A DNA stretch of 64,000 nt, from NCBI GenBank assembly GCA_951406725.2, contig OX597818.1, positions 12,586,001 to 12,650,000 of the forward strand, given 5' to 3'. The position numbers and the translations under genes were made by a program. The DNA comes from Octopus vulgaris (taxonomy: Eukaryota). The first letter of the stretch is position 1, and each line of letters begins with the position of its first letter. Positions 55,070 to 64,000 of this stretch are shown here, in pieces. A model generated the notes under the pieces. The model worked only from the letters and a program-made list of their open reading frames with translations. It did not search any database and was not told the DNA's origin.

Positions 55070-55835
55070 ATTGATTTAAAATGTTGGCATAAGGTCAGCA
55101 GTTTCGGTGGTAGTTGTAATTCGATTACATCGACCTACCGAATTCAATTGGTACTTATTTTATCGACCCCAAAGGGATGAAAAGCAAACTAAACCTCGGT
55201 GGAATTTGAAATCAGAACGTAAAGGCTGATGAAATGCCGCTAAGCATGAAAATTCCCCGCCTTATTATAATATTAATATTGGTTTCAAATTGAGACAGAA
55301 GGCCAGAAACGTTGAGGGACGGAGTAAGTCGATTAAATCGCCCCCAGTACTCAACTGATATTTATTCAATTGACTCTGAAAAAATGAAAGAAGTCGGCCT
55401 TGCCACAATATTATATATGAATATTAAGACAGTAGATAAGGCGGTGAGCCGGCATATCCTTTACTGCGCCGGACAAAATACTTTGCAATATTTCGTCCAT
55501 CTTTTTGTTCATCTTTCCGTCCTGTGTTCAAATATCGCCGAGGTCGACTTTGCCTTTCAGTCTCTCGGGCTCGGTAATATCGAAGTACGGTTGATATTGT
55601 CGAAGACAGATAAAGAATACCCTGTAACAGCGGCAGTAACAAACAGGCAACGAAAAAACAATCAATATTTGAAACTCGAACTGCAAACTGTACCTGGAAT
55701 CTGAAGACCAAATTCGTTAATATTTAATATTTATATGTTGCGGTCCTGTCTCTTCTCGTCACAATAACAAGTACCAGTCAAGTACATATTCTTCTCCAGA
55801 AATTACTGCCCCTTTGGCAACATTTGAAACTAATA
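55070..55835. mobile_element. Cluster of three SINE family B copies (55070-55262 minus, 55278-55410 minus, 55437-55835 plus and interrupted)
   Basis: Repeated GGTACTTATTTTATCGACCCC and GCCGAGGTCGACTTTGCCTTTCA blocks. Confidence 0.8.
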
Positions 55836-56142
55836 TTGATATACTAGTTCTTAACCTCTGTATCACGTGTTACAATGATTAAGACTTAATGAAGAATGAC
55901 AGATTATAAACGAGAAAATGTTTGCCTAACAGTGAATCTAACATCTTAGAACTTCTAAGCCTGCTGAAAATAATTGAAAATTATATCACTGAATCACCCC
56001 GTAGCAATTTAAAGAAGAAATGCCTATACTGTAGAGTGAAATTTATGGTATTTATGGTATGTAAAGAGAGACGTGTGTATGAATGTAGCTAGATCCGAAC
56101 AGACGCCATATATAAGTATTGAAAATTGTGCGTTAAAGGAGA

Positions 56143-56144
<2 letters not shown>

Positions 56145-56234
<90 letters not shown>

Positions 56235-56270
56235 GAGAGAGAGAGATAGAGAGAGAGCGAGAAAGAGAGA
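56145..56270. repeat. (GA)n microsatellite
   Basis: Read directly from the sequence. Confidence 0.95.
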
Positions 56271-56520
56271 CCACTCGCTTTCCAGAATTTAAAATGAACT
56301 TCTTATGGCTGTGGTAGATGTCTATGTGTCAAAATTGTCGATATTCTTTGAATTAGTACATTAATAGAGACGCACATGAGTATACATTTGAAATGTGATA
56401 TATAATTACATAATGGAAAATTGATGAGGAATCTCGTGTTGTGAATTGAAATTCTACAGTAGGTTGTGCATCATGAACACCGACACATGATGTACGACAT
56501 ACATAGGCACAACAGATTTT

Positions 56521-56569
<49 letters not shown>

Positions 56570-56579
56570 ATACATACAA

Positions 56580-56622
<43 letters not shown>

Positions 56623-56693
56623 CATATGTTCGTGAAATATTCAGCTCAGTAATGTAATATATACCTCTCTCATTCTCTCTCTCTCTCTCCCCC

Positions 56694-56785
<92 letters not shown>

Positions 56786-56934
56786 TATGTGAGTGTGTAT
56801 GTGTGTATGTATATATAATTATTTATTGGGATCAAAGTATTTTAACATTCAGAACACAAAGCGAGTGTCGAGTTCGGCACATACGTATATATATATCGTA
56901 CACAAAGACATCCGTACATACACGTGCATATACG

Positions 56935-56984
<50 letters not shown>

Positions 56985-56986
<2 letters not shown>

Positions 56987-57136
56987 ACTCTTTTACTCTT
57001 TTAATTGTTTCAGTCATTTGACTGCGGCCATGTTGGAGCACCGCCTTTAGTCGAGCAACTCGACCCCGGGACTTATTCTTTGTAAGCCCAGTACTTATTC
57101 TCTCGGTCTCTTTTTGCCGAACCGTTAAGTGACGGG
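56985..57136 (-). mobile_element. SINE family A, 3' part
   Basis: High similarity to 61931-62070. Confidence 0.9.
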
Positions 57137-57296
57137 AAGCTTTACGAAAATAAACAAAAGACGAAGGCAGGTGGAGTACAAACAAACAATTGTATTAGTA
57201 TGGCGCTCAGGAATAGAAATAAAACAAGTCTTTTACGTTTCGAGCCTACGCTCTTCAACAGAAAGATACACAGAAAAGAAACACGGAGAGAAACAA
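57132..57296 (-). mobile_element. Short hammerhead-containing repeat, copy 2
   Basis: 163/165 nt identical to 43316-43480. Confidence 0.88.
57229..57266 (-). ncRNA. Minimal type I hammerhead motif (A6U variant), all stems intact
   Basis: UCUUU-CUGUUGA-A-GAGC GUAG GCUC-GAA-ACGU-A-AAAGA. Confidence 0.78.
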
Positions 57297-57406
57297 TATA
57301 TATATATATATGTGTGTATATATATGTATATATATAAATAAATATATATATATGTATATATATGTATGTATCTATGTATGTCTGTCTGTATGTCTGTATA
57401 TGTATG

Positions 57407-57447
<41 letters not shown>

Positions 57448-57538
57448 ATATATATATATATATCTATATCTATATGTCTATATATATATATATATATATA
57501 TGTATTTATATATATATATATATATATCTATATCTATA

Positions 57539-57569
<31 letters not shown>

Positions 57570-57645
57570 TCCTACATATATATGTGCATGTACACACATA
57601 TATACACATACATATGTATATATATATAAATGTATATAGATATAC
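57297..57645. repeat. Compound TA-rich microsatellite
   Basis: Read directly from the sequence. Confidence 0.95.
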
Positions 57646-57980
57646 ATGTAAATCTTTGCCCATGCACACACGCATACCGTTTAACGATTCAATGCAAGTT
57701 CCAGAGGCAACATAAAGAATATTCCAGGTATGTTTGCATAAAATTACAACACAAATGTGGCTTAAATGGGAGGGTCAAGTCATATTCTACATATTGTATT
57801 TTTTTCTCAGAACCAAATTTTGTATTTTTAATATGCCTGAAGAACACGATTTTCTCATGATATAATCTGATTATTCAACAATAAAAAAAACCGCATCTGA
57901 AATAAGTCTAGTGAACCTGAAACCATTCTTTGATCTTATGTATATTTAGGTGTGTTTGTTTTTGCATGTGTGCGTGTGTG

Positions 57981-58051
<71 letters not shown>

Positions 58052-59079
58052 CCGAGTGTTTCCAAAGGTCCTATAATCTACTGAATTGCACAATTTAGTG
58101 TAATGTACGCTGAAAATTCTGGATGTCACTACTGAGCTGTATTTATCGTAGAGTATAGATTGAGAATTAGAAGACACGAGACCATTTGTCATTTATATCA
58201 TATTTGTCGTTGCTTAGATGCGACTTACGTTTTACATAATTTCCATTTATTCATTCCACCCACAGTAAGGAATACTGCTACCAACAATTCGATCGAAGAT
58301 TAAGCATTTAACGATTAGAAATTTGTTATCCTTTGAAAATCTTTTTCGCTTTTCTGTGAACGGCTATGCCATTAACGATGTAAAGTTGTAATCATTCCTT
58401 ATCAGTGTGCGGTCGCAAAATAGTTCGCTTTATAGTAAGGGAAACTTCCATGCTTTCCTACTTCTAATATCGAACGGATGTTGATAACTTCATAATGCAG
58501 CGGATAAACGATAATAAAATGATTGAAAATGTTGCAGAGTTTAATATTTCATCAAATGTAAGTGGAATTTGACAACAAAAGATGAATTTGTCTTGTCTGT
58601 CTTTCAGTCTTTCAGTCAATCTCTGAATAAAATTTATTTCACTGGATAAAATATATAGAAAAATAACAGGAAATTATATTATGTTCTTAAACGATAGAAA
58701 AAATGCTTTTACGAAGTTTTAAACTTTTCTTAATCAGATGCGTTTAAAGTATTTATTTGAATCCTCTGTGTATATATAGATAATATACAAGTGAGACGAT
58801 TGCTTAACAAGTTCCGATCATGATTGTTTCCGTTTAGATAGTTGTCTGGTTTTATATTTATTATTTAATTCCTAGAGGTGGGAGATTAAATCTGAAAGCT
58901 TGCAGAGCAATGTGTACGCAAGGAAAAAATGTAAAACGAGTGAATTTAAGAACATAACAGTTCAGGAAAGAATGAATAGATAAATTATTTAAACTGGTAT
59001 TTATATTGAATTATTGGAAATATTATTACGCATCGAGACAAACATGATTCATGGGGAATACAGTTACATCCTTCCTTTC

Positions 59080-59900
59080 TGATTTAAAATCATACCATGG
59101 TAATTTTGCTTTTGAATTTAAGCAGGGATTTGAAAGGAAGCCATCTGATACAATGTGGAGTACTAGGTAGGGAGAGATAGAGATACTACCTTGTATTTCA
59201 GGACAGAAAGCATTGCAGCAAGAGTAAAGGATAAGATAGGGTACAACAATTAGCTATCTTAGTGGAAGAATATTTGTTGGATTAAACTGCGTTGAAATGA
59301 TGTAGTGTAAAATGTTTATGTGAAAAAGCAGTTGCAGAGACTTTTGGTGTTTGTTGTAGTTTTAATATAGTTACGTGAATGCAGTGAAAAGGTAATTAAA
59401 AAGATTAAAATTTGCCATCAGGTGTCTTTTATGTTCACTTAACCGTACATTCATTGCTATGTAGAGAGTGTGAAAATAGTGCGTGTTGCTTTTTTAAGTG
59501 AGGTTTGAGATTATATTATGATATTCTCGTCAAACGAGATTGTGTAGAACAATTTTCTTTTATTGAATTCATGAAATATCTTATGTGAAATATCCAAGTT
59601 ATATGAGCTGTTTGCAAATTATTATTTGAGAGAAAGAATATCATTTGTATAATCTTTTTCCTGGCAAGAATTAGTAGTAAATAAATAAATGATACAAACT
59701 AATGGAAGGTGGGTCGAGGGAACCCCTGCATTAAAGAAACGGTAAAAACCATCAAAGACAAATTATTAGGATTCACACTATTGTAGGATTGATCCACGTC
59801 TTTCTAGTTCTCACTTGAGTGTCATCCATAATGCGAATGTCTGCTATAACATTAAAATCGATGTTGTTCTTATGATAGACAAATAATCATATATAAAACG
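59080..59900 (-). mobile_element. Very decayed CR1/L2/Jockey-group LINE RT and 3' part
   Basis: In order on the minus strand: NAGVP (GVPQG-like), YTNDI (YADD-like), then SLP...SFKSLL. Confidence 0.4.
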
Positions 59901-59988
59901 AGTCGAGTGTGCTTGAAAGGATGTGAAACTGGATTATGTAGATTTGAGCAGATGTCAATGTCAAAGCAGAGAGAAAGAGTGAGTGAAT

Positions 59989-60023
<35 letters not shown>

Positions 60024-61930
60024 CGAGGTGCATCCGTTGTTCAGAGTTTGGAATAGACTTTTTGTGGATGTCTCTGCGGTAGAATTACATATATTTATTC
60101 GAATTAGTAATCATCTGCATAAATCTCGCATGTGACTATTGAAACATGTGCAATTATTATCACTGCAAAATGATTCCCAGGAATATAATTGGGCACTTTA
60201 AGGCTTTATAATGACGACAGGTTTGCTTTTAGTACTTCAATTAGAAATTGCTTTCGCCACTAGCAATAATTGTATTTATAGAGTAGACTTAATCGTGGTT
60301 TCTTAATTTAAATTGCTTTATGAGAGTATTCACATTACAGTTGAGGTCAAATTTTCTCGCAATACCATTGAAATAATTTCTTTTCTTACTAACTATATCA
60401 ACTCCACATTTCTGAAAAGAGAACGTGTATTCAGTCCTTGAAAAAAGACTCTTTTACACTACCAGTTAACGTCGGGTGTCATTAGTCTTTGCAAATTTAT
60501 AGTATAATAAAGTAATCGTTAGCAACCTTTTCTGACACCAGACTTTTTCTCACTTCAGTGACACATGTAAGAATCACCGCTTTGAATTTTCTACTTTATA
60601 CTACATATTAGTAGCATTTCGTACCGAATGTCTAAAAGGAAAGCAAACAGTAACATATTTTGTAACATCGGTTTTCGATGCGCAACTCAATCAAAAGTAG
60701 CCACATACACACAGTACGCTCTATTAGTAACTCATAACTGAAAGCGCACGAACTTTGTAATTGCTGAGGTGCAAATTTTCTGGGGATCTCTTATTGGAAA
60801 ATATCAGAATATTATAAGAGTTCAGAATAAGCGGCGTTCGTTATCATTCGACACACTAGAAATGGCATCCCAAATCCCCTCAAATTGCATCATTCAATTT
60901 ATTCCAATACTCACCTCAAACAGGGTATCATAAATAGCGAGCTTTTAATCATGCATGCAATGAATGAGGGCTGATTTCTGGTTGAACAAAATCACCGACA
61001 TTAAACATTTCATAACAGGATATTGTGCCTTAATATTGCAATAAAGGTAACAACTCGAAACAAGTGCTGACAGTGTTACACATGAAACATACACCACAGA
61101 TTTGGAGCCGTATATTCTCTCCACATATACATTATATATCACGTTCTTGAAATTGTTTGTCCCTAATTCACAAAGGATCTTCACTACCACAGGGAAACTA
61201 CTAGAATACACAAAAAGAAATCCTTATTCCTTCACCGGGATATTAAATCTTCCACCAAAAATACATGTATGCATGTATTTCAGAAACATCTATTGACGGT
61301 TATTTTGACATACCACTTTTGCTTACTATAGCATGGAAAAATCTTGAGGCTAAGAATGAAAGCAGTCGCTTGGCAGAAAAGTAAAATACATCCTTGCCTA
61401 GATGAGCCTGTTTCAACCAATTTCTACTTACCAGTCACTCCATACACAAATCGATGAGAAGTAAGGTGAAATAAATGAGTGTGTGTGTGGGGACGGAGGT
61501 GAAGTTTACTTATGGTAAAGTTGACTGTTCTGTTTGTAGGAACAGAAAAAAAGAAGCACAAACTAAATTCCAGAAACACATCAATTATATCTTCAACTAT
61601 GGTTTCTCAAGCTACTGCAGTGAATAAAAGTAACTTTACATTAGTCGCTGTCATTGAAACACCTGGTCAACTATCATCACACTTGTAACACAAAGCACAA
61701 CGATTAATACCAATGCTGAAAATATTTTATGCGTCGCATATGATGCATGCGTTTATATATAAGTCATTTAAAATTCTGTTCACGTATGTATGTACATATG
61801 TATGCATGATACGTTTTGCGTATGCATGTTTGTGTACTTATTTACACATACTCACATGAATGTGTGTATGCATATATGTGTATGCATGCTTTTATATGGA
61901 TGTACCATTCACACGTCTCTGTGTTCGTAT

Positions 61931-62137
61931 CTCTTTTACTTGTTTCAGTCATTTGACTGTGGCCATGCTAGAGCACCACCTTTAGTCGAGCAAATCAACC
62001 CCAGGACCTACTCTTTGTAAGCCAAGTACTTATTCTATCGGTCTCTTTTGCCGAATCGCTAAGTGACGGGGACGTAAACACACCAGCATCGGTTGTCAAG
62101 CAATGCTAGGGGGGACAAACACAGATACACAAACAGG

Positions 62138-62178
<41 letters not shown>

Positions 62179-62351
62179 CTATACATATATACGACTGGCT
62201 TCTTTCAGTTTCCGTCTACCAAATCCACTCACAAGGCATTGGTCGGACCGAGGCTTTAGTAGAAGACACCTGCTGAAGGTGCCACGCAGTGGGACTGAAC
62301 CCGGAACCATGTGGTTGGTAAGCAATCTACTTACGACAAAGCCACTCCTGC
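61931..62351 (-). mobile_element. SINE family A, best-preserved full-length copy
   Basis: tRNA-like head with B-box GGTTCAGTCCC, internal (TA)n/(TG)n, 3' half and AAAAGAG tail. Confidence 0.92.
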
Positions 62352-62610
62352 ACATAATACATTTGTTTTAATTCTTTGCATATAGAAATACGATTATTTT
62401 CATATTTCAAAGTACATCAGCACGTGCACATATGAGTTTCTATTTTATGCATGCTATATCCAGAATATAATTATGAGTTTGTGATTCAACGATATATATA
62501 TATATCTGTCCCATTCGTCCTTTTTCTTTTCTGACTTTCCATTATTTTTAAGAGTGAACTTCTTTATGTCAATGCTCCAACAATTGTGCTTGTGTAGATG
62601 TGGTGTTGTG

Positions 62611-62660
<50 letters not shown>

Positions 62661-62663
<3 letters not shown>

Positions 62664-62707
62664 TTTTACTTGTTTCAGTCATTTGACTGCGGCCATGCTG
62701 GAGCACT
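62661..62707 (-). mobile_element. SINE family A 3' tip between microsatellites
   Basis: CTTTTACTTGTTTCAGTCATTTGACTGCGGCCATGCTGGAGCAC. Confidence 0.85.
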
Positions 62708-62731
62708 ACATGCATACATACATACATATAT

Positions 62732-62839
<108 letters not shown>

Positions 62840-63420
62840 ATTTGATGTTGTTCTATGCTAGAGTCTCTCTCATTGCCCATGTAATATCTATATCATCTTA
62901 ATCTTTTGTTTCCTAGTTGTGGTGGAGTTTTGGCGATGTTAGCAGTTTGAGCGCTTCCTGCTTTTATTCTGTAATAGCAGTAAGGAATTTTTCACATACG
63001 ACCAAGTGAAAATAATCTATGAGGGTAAACTATGAGGGCAAACTCTGTACATGATTAGTTGCAGATGGAAGTAGAACTATTTAGATTTGTTTGGGTGGAT
63101 CTCCGTAGGAACGTAAACACCAATGTTTTTAACATACATACACACATATGTATATAAAAAACTTGCGACATCAGACGAGAACGTATTAGAGGACATTTTG
63201 AACACACATTTGTGAACGCTGACTGTTGCAATTATGATGGTACCTCCAGCCTTAAGCAATAAATGGTTTATTTCTTCTGTTATAACTATAAAAAACTTGT
63301 AATTACCGGCTTAGGGCTATTCTGAGAAGATTAGTAAATATCTCTTATACCACGTGGACTTTTGCACTTAAGATTGCGATGATATTTTTAACAACACAAC
63401 GCTGATGCCCACACAAGCAG

Positions 63421-63650
63421 TATGAGGATCGGATAAAACTTTCATAGACTGACAAAAACATACCCCTTTAAGAATCAACGAATGTTAGTTTGTCTCCCTC
63501 ACATTTTTATGGCAAACGAAGCCCCAGGTTGAGATCACTGCTGACCATGTGAATGATCTTCGATCATGTTTCAATAGTCACATGCAAGATTTCACAGCGC
63601 GAGTATAACTCCTTCATAGTCAGCCTAAGAATTTTTCTGCCCACCCTCGA
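63421..63650. mobile_element. Diverged mariner-type MITE
   Basis: TIRs ATGAGGATCGGATAAAACTTTCATAGACTGAC and GTCAGCCTAAGAATTTTTCTGCCCACCCTCGA. An internal piece recurs at about 60120-60148. Confidence 0.7.
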
Positions 63651-64000
63651 GCTATCACATATCTAAGTTATAGACATGATATTAGTGCACGTCTTACCCC
63701 ACTTGTTATTTACATACGGATCAGAATGCATTACGGGTCTTTGCAAAAGTCTGAAATGGCCCTTCTATCGATTATAGGACGCGACTAATAAATAAATTTT
63801 ACAGTAAAACAATTGTTATTCTCACTCTCGTGATGCCAATCGATTTTCTCAAAAGACTGACAAACGTCCAAAATCTGTCAAAAGTGAGATTGAAAATAAT
63901 GTAAACAAATCACTGCTGCCACGACTAAACTTTAGTGTATCTCCATATATAACTGATTCGACAGAGACGACTGTTAAATAGATTTAACTTAAGAACTGTT

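Noticed and set aside
60500-61300. Possible CR1-like C-terminal remnant, and ORFs 60945-61296
   Set aside because: The motif matches are too weak to support by eye.

Overview
This is AT-rich eukaryotic (animal) DNA saturated with microsatellites. The repeat families resemble those I recall from octopus/coleoid cephalopod genomes, which is an inference. I found no supportable host protein-coding gene, so the window reads as intergenic or deep intronic. Most listed ORFs are translations of (TA)n, (CA)n, (TACA)n or (TCTA)n repeats. The real content is mobile DNA: decayed Penelope-like elements (PLEs; RT and GIY-YIG remnants), about six R4/Dong-type LINE fragments, two mariner relics plus two mariner MITEs, and three tRNA-derived SINE families (here called A, B and C), several copies with clear TSDs. 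There is also an RTE-related insertion and a possible solo LTR. The most notable signal lies between 37.5 and 57.3 kb: six type I hammerhead ribozyme (HHR) motifs from four sequence families, all with short, mostly palindromic stem III as in PLE-type hammerheads. One sits in a 165-bp non-coding repeat present twice at about 99% identity with a shared A6U core variant. Two sit in short fold-back elements whose arms are copy-specific. All structures were parsed by eye; none was computed or tested.
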